Shown: one piece after another, positions 29,026-41,190 of the stretch
Numbering within the stretch: position 1 is the first letter of the stretch
Layout of the letters: each line of letters begins with the position of its first letter
Source: Burkholderiales bacterium
GTDB taxonomy: Bacteria; Pseudomonadota; Gammaproteobacteria; Burkholderiales; SG8-39
Assembly: GCA_049582365.1 (NCBI GenBank)
Contig: JBAUTW010000393.1
Location: 1-49,746, forward strand
Length of the DNA stretch: 49,746 bases
Direction of reading: 5' to 3'
The notes under the pieces: model-generated
Databases searched by the model: none
Told to the model about the DNA's origin: nothing
Seen by the model: only the letters and a program-made list of their open reading frames with translations
Program-made: the position numbers and the translations under genes

Positions 29026-29640
29026 ATGCGCGGCATCGCCCTCCTCCTCAAGCTTCTCCCGCTCGTGTTCATGCTCGCCATGAGCGGCACCGCGCATGCC
29101 GACGAGATCGTCGTGCGCGATGCAAACTTGCGCGCGACTGACGAAGGACTGGTGCTCAACGCCGAATTCAGTTTCCAAATCACTTCCAGGCTTGCCGAGG
29201 CGGTTGAAAACGGCGTACCGCTGTATTTCGAGCTCGATTTCGAATTGACTCGCGCGCGCTGGTACTGGTTTGACGAGAAGGCTGTCGCGAAGCGCATGCA
29301 GGTCCGGTTGTCTTACCACGCCCTGTCGCGCCAGTACCGCCTGTCGACCGGCTTGCTGCAGCAGAGCTTCGGCACGCTGGAGGAGGCACTGGATGTGCTG
29401 AGGCGTCTACGCAACTGGCTGGTGGTCGATCGTACCGTCTCGCTCGCCGACGCGAGTTACGACGCGGCCGTGCGCATGCGATTAGACACCACTCTGCTGC
29501 CAAAGCCATTTCAGCTTAGCGCGCTCACCAATCAGGAATGGAACCTAGAATCGGAGTGGAAGCGATTCAGCTTCCGTCCGCCGCAGCAACCACCGGCACC
29601 GGTGGAAAGCCGCCAACCTACCGAGGCGCCAACGCGATGA
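29026..29640 (+). CDS. Secreted DUF4390-like protein
   Basis: 204 aa with signal peptide MRGIALLLKLLPLVFMLAMSGTAHA. ATGA overlap with the downstream kinase. The family name is assigned from memory of this conserved context. Confidence 0.65.
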   Translation: MRGIALLLKLLPLVFMLAMSGTAHADEIVVRDANLRATDEGLVLNAEFSFQITSRLAEAVENGVPLYFELDFELTRARWYWFDEKAVAKRMQVRLSYHALSRQYRLSTGLLQQSFGTLEEALDVLRRLRNWLVVDRTVSLADASYDAAVRMRLDTTLLPKPFQLSALTNQEWNLESEWKRFSFRPPQQPPAPVESRQPTEAPTR

Positions 29641-31775
29641 GAGCGCTGTTGATCATCGGGGCCGCGCTTGCCGGGGTGCTGATGTTTCTGCTCGCCACCG
29701 CTAGCGCGAACACGTCTCTGTTCGAACAGCACTACCCGATCTTGCTCGCGTTGAACGCGGCGCTCGCGGGGCTGCTGGCGGTACTGGTTACCTATCAGCT
29801 CGTTGCCCTGGCGCGCAAGTATCGCCGTCGCGTTTTTGGGTCGCGATTGACGCTTCGCTTTCTGGTTTTATTCGCGATGATGGCGGTCGCTCCCGGGTTG
29901 CTGGTGTATACGGTGTCGGTTCAGTTCCTGAGCAAGAGCATCGAATCATGGTTCGACGTCAAGGTGGACGCCGCGTTGGAAGGTGGGATCACCCTCGCGC
30001 AGGGTGCGATCGACCAGATGCTCACCGAGATGAACGTCAAAGGGCGCGCCATGGCCCTGGAGCTTGCTGATCGGCAGCAGGCGGATCAAGTAGTGCTTCT
30101 CAACAGACTGCGCGAACAGGCTGGCGTGCAGGAAGCAGTGATCGTTGCCGGCAACGGTCGTGTCGTGGCAACTGCAAGTGAAGACGTGAGCAAGCTGTAT
30201 CCGGAAGTCCCGAGCGCGCAGGCACTGCGCCAGGCGCGCGTAAACCGCGGTTACACCGCAATCGACTCACCTCCGGGAAAACCGCTCGCGCTGCGTGTTG
30301 TAGTGCCGATTAGCGCGCTCGCGCTCACCGATGAAGCGCGATACCTTCAGTTGCGACAGACGCTCCCGGAGTCGTTCACGCGCAGCGCGGAAGCCGTCGA
30401 GACTGCCTATCGCGACTACCGCGAGCTGGCGCTATCGCGGCAAGGGCTCAAGCGCATATATATCGTCACGCTCACGCTAGCCTTGTTGATGGGGTTGTTT
30501 TTCGCCATATCCCTCGCGGTGATCCTGTCCAACAGGCTGTCCGAGCCGCTCGCGAATTTGGCACAGGCGACGCAGGCTGTGGCGCGAGGTGACTTTTCGC
30601 GCCGCGCGCCGGTTACCAGTCGCGACGAGCTCGGCGTGCTCACGGAGTCGTTCAATTCGATGACCCGACAACTCGACGACGCACGCCACGTGGTCGAAAC
30701 AAACCGGGTTGCGCTCGAGACCGCCAAGGCGCACCTCGAGAATATCTTGGCCAATCTCTCTGCAGGCGTGCTTGTCTTCGACCGCGAGCTGCGCCTTTCG
30801 ATATTCAATCACGGTGCCGCCGCCATTCTGGGCGATGAGCTGCGTGCCATGTCGGGTAAGGCGCTAGATGAGTGGCACACCGGCCTGGATGCGTTCGCGA
30901 TCCCGGTACGCGAGGCTTTTCTGGTCCACGGGCAACGCACCTGGCAGCTAGAGCTTGATCTCAGGGGCACGGGCAAGACGCTGCTGGCGCGTGGTACCGC
31001 GCTTCGTACTGCAACCGAGGGCGGATACGTCCTGGTGTTTGACGACATTACGCAACTGATCCAGGCTCAGCGTGCAACGGCCTGGGCGGAGGTCGGGAGG
31101 CGCCTTGCGCACGAAATAAAAAATCCCCTTACCCCGATCCAGCTTTCGGCCGAGCGGCTGGAAATGAAGCTCGCCGGTCGGCTTCCTGCGCAGGAGGCCG
31201 AGACGCTCAAGAGGGCCACTCAAACCATCGTGAACCAGGTCGCGGCGCTCAAGGCAATGGTTGACGCGTTCCGCGACTATGCAAGGCTTCCCGCCCCCTC
31301 GCTTGTCGGGCTGGATCTGAACGTTCTGATCAGGGAGGTCCTTGCGCTCTATGAGAACTCGAGCGTGCCAATAGCAAAGCAACTGTCTCCGGCGCTAAGG
31401 CCGGTGCGCGCTGATTCGGCGCAAATCCGACAGGTATTGCACAACCTGATTCAGAACGCGCAAGACGCGCTCGAGCAGGGGCACGAGGTGAGCAAGCCGA
31501 TGATAGAAATTCGCACGGAAATGCAGGGTGATCGAGTGAAGATCGCCGTGAGCGACAATGGACCCGGGTTCCCGGAAGAGATGATGACCCGCATATTCGA
31601 GCCTTACGTCACGACCAAACCGCGCGGTACGGGGCTCGGTCTGGCCGTCGTAAAGAAAATCGTCGATGAGCATCATGGCAGCATTGCGATCGAAAATCGC
31701 CCTCAGCGAGGCGCATGCGTGAGCGTATTACTCCCGGTAATGAACGAACAAGGCAGCGCAAGCAAGGCGGCCTGA
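29637..31775 (+). CDS. NtrY-like sensor histidine kinase (TM-HAMP-PAS-HisKA-HATPase)
   Basis: The ATG at 29637 gives MRALLIIGAALAGVLMFLLA. H-box HEIKNPLTPIQLSAERL, N box HNLIQNAQDA, G boxes DNGPGF and GTGLGLAVVKKIV. Confidence 0.88.
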   Translation: MRALLIIGAALAGVLMFLLATASANTSLFEQHYPILLALNAALAGLLAVLVTYQLVALARKYRRRVFGSRLTLRFLVLFAMMAVAPGLLVYTVSVQFLSKSIESWFDVKVDAALEGGITLAQGAIDQMLTEMNVKGRAMALELADRQQADQVVLLNRLREQAGVQEAVIVAGNGRVVATASEDVSKLYPEVPSAQALRQARVNRGYTAIDSPPGKPLALRVVVPISALALTDEARYLQLRQTLPESFTRSAEAVETAYRDYRELALSRQGLKRIYIVTLTLALLMGLFFAISLAVILSNRLSEPLANLAQATQAVARGDFSRRAPVTSRDELGVLTESFNSMTRQLDDARHVVETNRVALETAKAHLENILANLSAGVLVFDRELRLSIFNHGAAAILGDELRAMSGKALDEWHTGLDAFAIPVREAFLVHGQRTWQLELDLRGTGKTLLARGTALRTATEGGYVLVFDDITQLIQAQRATAWAEVGRRLAHEIKNPLTPIQLSAERLEMKLAGRLPAQEAETLKRATQTIVNQVAALKAMVDAFRDYARLPAPSLVGLDLNVLIREVLALYENSSVPIAKQLSPALRPVRADSAQIRQVLHNLIQNAQDALEQGHEVSKPMIEIRTEMQGDRVKIAVSDNGPGFPEEMMTRIFEPYVTTKPRGTGLGLAVVKKIVDEHHGSIAIENRPQRGACVSVLLPVMNEQGSASKAA

Positions 31776-31807
31776 CTTTTGGCGCGCAATCAAGATATGA
31801 ATTCTCC

Positions 31808-33061
31808 ATGGCGCAGATTCTGATTGTCGACGACGAGGTCGGTATTCGCGAGCTCTTATCGGAGATTCTCGCCGACGAAGGGCATCAGGTTCTTCTCGCC
31901 GAGAGCGCCGGCGCGGCGCGCGGCATACGGGAGCGCCAGCGGCCCGACCTAGTGCTGCTAGACATCTGGATGCCGGATACGGACGGGATCACCCTGCTAA
32001 AGGAATGGGCGGCGATCGGACAACTGACAATGCCGGTAGTCATGATGTCCGGGCACGGTACGATTGAGACCGCGGTAGAGGCGACGCGAATAGGCGCGCT
32101 CGACTTTCTTGAAAAGCCGATTGCGCTGCAGCGACTTCTAGCTACCGTGAAGCGCGCGCTGCGCAATCAGGAGGCTACTACGCCGCGCGAAATCTCCCTT
32201 GCTGCGCTTGGTCGTTCGGCGTCACTCGCGGAAGTGAAGAAGCGGCTCGGTCAAGTTGCGCAAACGACCGCGCCGCTGATGTTACGCGGTGAGCGCGGCA
32301 TGCGGGCCGAACTCTTCGCCCGGCTGCTTGCTGCGCCGGGTGCACCGTTTATTGCCGGAGGGCCTCTACTGGCAGAACCCACCAGCGAACTGCTTACTCG
32401 CGCGGCGGGAGGCGTCCTGTTCATTCCGGATTTGGCGCGACTCGAGCGCAACGAGCAAAGAAGCCTCGATTTTTTGCTCTCACGCGCGGATAAACACAAG
32501 GCGCGGGTTGTGTCCTTCTCGTCGGTGGACGCGAGAACTCTGGCCGAAAAGCAAGACTTCGACGCGGAATTGGTGGCCAAGCTCGCCCAAGTAACCCTTA
32601 AGCTGCCGGCGCTGCGCGACTTCGCCGAGGATGTGCCGGATCTTGCGGCGCTTATGCTTGCGCAGCTGGTCGAGGCGCGGGCGTGCTCGTCGCGCCGACT
32701 ATCCGTCGCAGCGCTGAATGCGCTGCGCCATCATCCTTGGCCAGGCAACCTCGCCGAACTTGAGAGCGTGATCACGGACCTCGCGCACACGGCGCTCGAC
32801 GAGGAAATCGGGCTAGCCGACGTGGAACGCGTGCTAACTACGCGGACGGACGTGCAGGACACGCCGCACCTGGGTCTCGATCGACCCTACCGAGAGGCGC
32901 GCGACGCCTTCGAGCGGCTGTATTTTGAGCGCCTGCTGGGGCGCGAGCAAGGCAGCATGTCGCGCGTGGCAGAGCGTTCTGGACTCGAACGTACGCACTT
33001 GTACCGCAAGCTCAAAGCACTTGGTCTGTCGGTCGGGCGACGCGAGGACAGCGGGTCGTGA
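31808..33061 (+). CDS. NtrX-like response regulator (receiver, degenerate AAA+ region, Fis-type HTH)
   Basis: The ATG at 31808 gives MAQILIVDDEVGIRELL...LLDIWMPDTDG. C-terminal HTH is RVAERSGLERTHLYRKLKALGL. The central domain lacks Walker A and GAFTGA (see findings). Confidence 0.85.
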   Translation: MAQILIVDDEVGIRELLSEILADEGHQVLLAESAGAARGIRERQRPDLVLLDIWMPDTDGITLLKEWAAIGQLTMPVVMMSGHGTIETAVEATRIGALDFLEKPIALQRLLATVKRALRNQEATTPREISLAALGRSASLAEVKKRLGQVAQTTAPLMLRGERGMRAELFARLLAAPGAPFIAGGPLLAEPTSELLTRAAGGVLFIPDLARLERNEQRSLDFLLSRADKHKARVVSFSSVDARTLAEKQDFDAELVAKLAQVTLKLPALRDFAEDVPDLAALMLAQLVEARACSSRRLSVAALNALRHHPWPGNLAELESVITDLAHTALDEEIGLADVERVLTTRTDVQDTPHLGLDRPYREARDAFERLYFERLLGREQGSMSRVAERSGLERTHLYRKLKALGLSVGRREDSGS

Positions 33062-33122
33062 GCCTGTTGCGCGGCGATAAAAGGTCTACAATGGCGCGCC
33101 CTCCGCAGGGGAAAGCGCGACC

Positions 33123-34496
33123 TTGAAAATAATCATACTCGGCGCTGGACAGGTCGGCGCGTCGGTCGCCGAAAGCCTTGTTTCCGAGCAAAACGACATT
33201 ACGATCGTCGATATCGACCCGTCGCGATTGCGCCCTCTGCAGGACAGGTATGACTTGCGCACGCTGGTAGGCAGTGCCTCGCATCCCTCCGTCCTGGCGG
33301 AAGCAGGCGCTGCAGACGCCGATCTCCTGGTTGCCGTTACGCAGTCTGACGAGACCAATCTCGTCGCCTGCAAGGTTGCAGCGCGCATGTTCAACGTTCC
33401 TCGGCGGGTGGCACGCATCCGAGCGACCGATTTTTTGAATGATGAGAAAGTGCTCGGTCCGGAGGGCTTTGACGTCGATCTATCGATTTGCCCAGAGCAG
33501 GTGCTTACCGACTACATTGTCAAGCTCGTCGAGTTTCCCGAGGCACTGCAGGTGCTGGATTTCGCCGACGGCCGCGTGAGCCTCGTCGCGGTGCGCTCAT
33601 ATATGGGTGGCCCACTCGTCGGGCGCCAACTGAAGGATCTGAGGAAGCATATTCCCGGTGTCGATGCCCGTGTGGTCGCCATCTTCCGCCGCGACCGCGC
33701 CATCGTTCCAGATGGCGATACCGTAATTGAGGTCGACGATGAAGTGTTCTGCCTCGCGCCGGAGAAGCATATCCGCCGGGTTATGCGCGAGCTGCGCCGC
33801 ATGGACCGTCCGGTCAAACGCGTGATGGTCGCGGGCGGTGGCAACATCGGGCTGCGCCTCGCGCGAGCGCTGGAGAACGACTATTCGGTGCGCGTCGTTG
33901 AGCACAACAAGCGCCGCTGCGAGATGCTCGCTGCCAAGGTCAACCGTGCATTGGTGCTCAACGGTGATGCCACCGATGAAGAGCTGCTCGAGCAGGAAAA
34001 TATCGCCGAGATGGATCTGTTCGTGGCCGTTACCAACGACGATGAACACAACATCATGAGCGCGCTGCTGGCTAAGCGCATGGGCGCGCGGCGCGTGGTA
34101 GCGTTGATTAATCGCCGTTCGTATGTGGATCTCCTGCAGAGCGGGGAGATCGACATCGCGATATCGCCGGCCCAGGCGACCATCGGTAAGCTGCTGGCAC
34201 ACGTGCGTCGCGGCGACGTGGTCTCGGTCCACAGTCTGCGGCGAGGCGCAGCCGAGGCGCTCGAGGCCGTGGTGCACGGCGATCGCGAATCCTGCCGCGT
34301 CACGGGTCGGCGAATTGACGAAATCGATCTTCCCGCCGGTACGACCATCGGCGCGCTGGTGCGCGGAGACGAGGTGATCATGGCGCACCACGACTCAGTC
34401 ATACAAGCCGAAGACCACGTGATCGTTTTCGTGGCCGATAAGAAGACGCTACCGCGAGTGGAGAAGTTGTTCCAGGTCGGCGTCCGGTTCCTCTAA
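33123..34496 (+). CDS. trkA: Trk potassium uptake system NAD-binding protein TrkA
   Basis: 457 aa. The TTG start gives MKIIILGAGQVGASVAESL, which as I recall matches the first 12 residues of E. coli TrkA. A second Rossmann motif is MVAGGGNIGLRLA. Confidence 0.93.
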   Translation: MKIIILGAGQVGASVAESLVSEQNDITIVDIDPSRLRPLQDRYDLRTLVGSASHPSVLAEAGAADADLLVAVTQSDETNLVACKVAARMFNVPRRVARIRATDFLNDEKVLGPEGFDVDLSICPEQVLTDYIVKLVEFPEALQVLDFADGRVSLVAVRSYMGGPLVGRQLKDLRKHIPGVDARVVAIFRRDRAIVPDGDTVIEVDDEVFCLAPEKHIRRVMRELRRMDRPVKRVMVAGGGNIGLRLARALENDYSVRVVEHNKRRCEMLAAKVNRALVLNGDATDEELLEQENIAEMDLFVAVTNDDEHNIMSALLAKRMGARRVVALINRRSYVDLLQSGEIDIAISPAQATIGKLLAHVRRGDVVSVHSLRRGAAEALEAVVHGDRESCRVTGRRIDEIDLPAGTTIGALVRGDEVIMAHHDSVIQAEDHVIVFVADKKTLPRVEKLFQVGVRFL

Positions 34497-34514
34497 CGTC
34501 GGGCGCGCGCGGCA

Positions 34515-35972
34515 ATGGGAAGGTTCAACGCTGTCCTGAACCTGCTTTCGGTTGTGGTGATCATCTTTGCCGCCACAATGCTCGTGCCGCTTGGCTTATC
34601 ACTGCACCTTGCGGACGGGGCGGAGCAGGCCTACGACAGCGCGATACTGGCTACGGCGCTGGCCGGCGGGCTGAGCTGGGTTGCGACGCGCGGCCAGCGG
34701 CGCGAGCTGCAGGCGCGTGACGGTTTTCTGCTCGTTACGCTCGCCTGGACGGTGTTACCCGCATTCGGTGCCCTGCCATTGTTGTCCTACCTGCCGAAGC
34801 TCTCGTTCACCGAGGCATATTTCGAAGCAATGTCAGGCCTAACGACTACGGGCGCGACAGTGCTTACCGGGCTCGACCGTTTGCCGCCGTCGATCAACTT
34901 CTGGCGCTGCGAGCTGCAATGGCTGGGCGGAATGGGGATCCTGGTGTTGGTGGTCGCGATCCTGCCACTTCTAGGGGTAGGCGGACGGCAGATCCTGAAG
35001 GCCGAGACGCCGGGGCCGATGAAGGATACAAAGCTCACGCCGCGCATTACCGAAACCGCCAAGGGGCTGTGGGGCGTGTATGGCCTGCTCACGATCGCGT
35101 GTGCACTCGCGATGCGCTGGGCAGGGATGAGCTGGCTGGATGCGGTGATGCACGCCTTTACCACCATGAGTACGGGCGGCTTTTCTTCCTACGACGCCAG
35201 TTTTGCGCACTGGAACTCTCCGGCAATCGAGGCCGTGACAATCGTATTCATGCTGATCGCTGGCATCAATTTTGCGACCCATTTCCAGGTGCTTCGAAAG
35301 CGTAGCTTGAAGCCCTACCGCCAGGATCCGGAGGTCGGCGTGTTCTTCGCGGTGATCGCCGTAAGCATCGTCGGCATCACGCTGTTCCTGCTGGCAAAGG
35401 GCGTTTACCGGGATTTCTGGGTCGCGCTCCGGTACACGGCGTTCAATCTTGTGTCGGTCGCCACCTCGACCGGCTACGCGAACACAAACTTCGGCGTCTG
35501 GCCGCTGTTCGCGCCACTGTGGATGCTGTTTCTGGTTTCATTCGTCAGCTGCTCGGGATCGACCGGCGGGGGCATCAAACTGGTACGCGCGATGCTGATG
35601 TTTAAACAGGCGTTCCGCGAGCTCGCCCGCATCGTTCATCCGCGCGCCTACATTCCGGTCAAGCTCGGCGGCCACCCGATCGAAAACAACATCATCTTTG
35701 CTGTGCTCGCGTTCATGCTGGTCTACGGCGGTACGATAAGCGTGATAACGATGCTCCTTGCTGCGACGGGCCTGGATTTCGTTACAGCTTTTTCCGCCGT
35801 GGTGGCCTGTATCAATAACCTCGGGCCGGGTCTCGGACAGGTCGGTCCGGCAACCAACTTCGCCCTGCTGGACGATTTCCAAACCTGGTTGTGCTCGGCC
35901 GCCATGTTGCTTGGCCGCCTCGAGCTGCTAACCGTGCTGGTGCTGCTGACGCCCGCGTTCTGGCGCAAGTGA
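34515..35972 (+). CDS. trkH: Trk potassium uptake membrane protein TrkH
   Basis: 485-aa polytopic protein with selectivity-loop-like TTTGAT, STGGFS, TSTGYA and SGSTGGGIK repeats. Confidence 0.92.
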   Translation: MGRFNAVLNLLSVVVIIFAATMLVPLGLSLHLADGAEQAYDSAILATALAGGLSWVATRGQRRELQARDGFLLVTLAWTVLPAFGALPLLSYLPKLSFTEAYFEAMSGLTTTGATVLTGLDRLPPSINFWRCELQWLGGMGILVLVVAILPLLGVGGRQILKAETPGPMKDTKLTPRITETAKGLWGVYGLLTIACALAMRWAGMSWLDAVMHAFTTMSTGGFSSYDASFAHWNSPAIEAVTIVFMLIAGINFATHFQVLRKRSLKPYRQDPEVGVFFAVIAVSIVGITLFLLAKGVYRDFWVALRYTAFNLVSVATSTGYANTNFGVWPLFAPLWMLFLVSFVSCSGSTGGGIKLVRAMLMFKQAFRELARIVHPRAYIPVKLGGHPIENNIIFAVLAFMLVYGGTISVITMLLAATGLDFVTAFSAVVACINNLGPGLGQVGPATNFALLDDFQTWLCSAAMLLGRLELLTVLVLLTPAFWRK

Positions 35973-36301
35973 CTCGCACACCTGTGCACATTGTGACGGG
36001 CGCGCCAAGTGCAGCACGCGCTCTGGTCGAGCGATTGCTGGCCGCGCGCCCGGGTTGGGCGAAGCTCGCTCCGGTCGGATGCCCGTGTTGTACCGGGCGC
36101 GTTGAGACCCAAATTGCGCTCGCACGTCTGCTGCGCGACGCCAGACCGGGACGCGTGCTGCTCGAACTGGCGGACGTACAGCATCTGTCAGGACTACAGC
36201 GGGTGCTCAGCGAGTGGCCGCTCGCCCGCTATGTCGAATCCGGCCGGGTAATTTCTGTGCCGCGCGACTGCGAGATGGCGCCCGAGGCTTTAGGCGCGTA
36301 G
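35969..36301 (+). CDS. Small CobW/COG0523-like protein with a degenerate P-loop (hypothetical)
   Basis: In-frame GTG at 35969 overlapping the trkH stop (GTGA). 110 aa: VTRTPVHIVTGAPSAARALVERLL...GCPCCTGR...LLELADVQHL. It echoes the CobW motif order but lacks GxxGxGKT. Start uncertain. Confidence 0.5.
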   Translation: MTRTPVHIVTGAPSAARALVERLLAARPGWAKLAPVGCPCCTGRVETQIALARLLRDARPGRVLLELADVQHLSGLQRVLSEWPLARYVESGRVISVPRDCEMAPEALGA

Positions 36302-36670
36302 CGCAGCGACGACCAGCGCAACCCAGCCGAGGATGAGGGCTACGCCGCCGAGCGGCGTCACGGCACCTAGCCATTTCGACCCGGTGAGTGCCAGCAAATA
36401 GAGGCTGCCGCAGAAAAGGACGATACCCGCCGTTAGCAGCCAGCCGGCGGTGCGCAGCCAGGCAGCTTCCGGGGATAATTGCAGGGCGAGCCCCACCGCG
36501 AGCACCCCGAGCGCATGCCAGAAGTGATATTGCACTGCCGTGTGGTAGACCGCGAGCATGTCTGCCGGCAGTCGCGCCTTCAGCGCGTGGGCCCCGAATG
36601 CTCCCAATACCACCGCGAGGGCCGCCATAGCCGCCCCGATCGCGACGAACAGCTTGGCCCCGCCGCTCAT
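36290..36670 (-). CDS. DUF423 family membrane protein
   Basis: 126 aa, about 4 TM helices, GAFGAHAL and YHFWHALG motifs. Confidence 0.8.
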   Translation of the reverse strand: MSGGAKLFVAIGAAMAALAVVLGAFGAHALKARLPADMLAVYHTAVQYHFWHALGVLAVGLALQLSPEAAWLRTAGWLLTAGIVLFCGSLYLLALTGSKWLGAVTPLGGVALILGWVALVVAALRA

Positions 36671-36687
36671 GCGCTGGGGCTATGGAC

Positions 36688-36783
36688 CTAGTTGCTCTTC
36701 TTCTTCGTGCGTTGCGGGCGCTTCTTGCCGTAGCTGCCCTTGTATATTTTACCGCGCCGCGTGCGCTTGTCGCCCTTGCCCAT
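36688..36783 (-). CDS. 30S ribosomal protein bTHX
   Basis: Not in the ORF track. Hand translation gives MGKGDKRTRRGKIYKGSYGKKRPQRTKKKSN. GGAG lies 7 nt upstream of this ATG, and an alternative ATG lies at 36789. A minus-strand TATAAT occupies 36825-36820. Confidence 0.75.
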   Translation of the reverse strand: MGKGDKRTRRGKIYKGSYGKKRPQRTKKKSN

Positions 36784-36826
36784 GGTCATGCTCCGCGATG
36801 ATGAAGATTACGTTACTGAATTATAG

Positions 36827-40555
<3,729 letters not shown>

Positions 40556-40566
40556 GTCCTGTCCGG

Positions 40567-40605
40567 AACAACAAAAAGCCCGTTCAGCTTGCGCAGGAAA
40601 CGGGC
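40567..40605 (-). terminator. Intrinsic-terminator-like hairpin inside the metH 5' leader (attenuator candidate)
   Basis: The minus strand reads GCCCGTT-TCCTGCGCAAGCTG-AACGGGC followed by TTTTTGTTGTT, ending 11 nt before the metH ATG. The gene upstream is divergent, so this is not a 3' terminator of another gene. Confidence 0.55.
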
Positions 40606-40790
40606 CTTCGGCGTCGGGGTGGCACGCGTCTCTTTAGCGGCATTTCTTTGTCGTCGCCGTTCGGCGGTTCGGCGCCCGCAAGCTGAACATCAAATCGGCG
40701 CTGAGTGATAGTCTGCCTGCCGAACCCCTGATCTGTCAACCACTTGCGCGTGCGGGCGTATAATCTTGACCCGGAGAGCGAACACCGACC

Positions 40791-41186
40791 ATGCAGCACC
40801 TCGAACCAAAGCAGGCCTACGAGTTCCTTCATCGGAATTCCGATGCACTGTTCATCGATTGCCGCAGCGAGATGGAGTATCTGTTTGTCGGCCATCCGGT
40901 CGGGGCACTGCACGTCGCCTGGAATGACGGCCCGGACTGGGAGGTCAATCCGCACTTCGTCGGTCAGGTGAAGAAGCTCGCCGGCACCAACCATACGATG
41001 CGCCCGATCCTTCTCATTTGCCGCAGCGGAAATCGCTCGCAGGAGGCGGGCGAGGCGCTCGAACGGTCCGGCTTTACCAAGATCTACAACGTCGTGCACG
41101 GATTTGAGGGTGAACTCAACGATCGGCACCAGCGCAACGTAACCGCAGGCTGGCGCTTCGAGGGTTTGCCGTGGGAGCAATGCTGA
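40791..41186 (+). CDS. Rhodanese-like sulfurtransferase domain protein
   Basis: 131 aa with active-site loop CRSGNRS. A TATAAT lies at 40759-40764 upstream. Confidence 0.85.
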   Translation: MQHLEPKQAYEFLHRNSDALFIDCRSEMEYLFVGHPVGALHVAWNDGPDWEVNPHFVGQVKKLAGTNHTMRPILLICRSGNRSQEAGEALERSGFTKIYNVVHGFEGELNDRHQRNVTAGWRFEGLPWEQC

Positions 41187-41190
41187 CCCC

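Noticed and set aside
30682-30697. Additional CACGTG-containing sites as extra parS copies (here, at 27511-27516, and near 34430)
   Set aside because: Only the CACGTG or CCACGTGG core matches. The flanking GTT/AAC arms are absent and all these sites lie inside coding regions.
40556-40740. Calling the metH leader an SAH or cobalamin riboswitch
   Set aside because: I could not find the conserved SAH-element blocks or a B12 box by eye; only loose resemblances exist (GAGACGCGUGCC, AAGGCCCG, AACGGGC). It is kept as an unclassified attenuator candidate instead.
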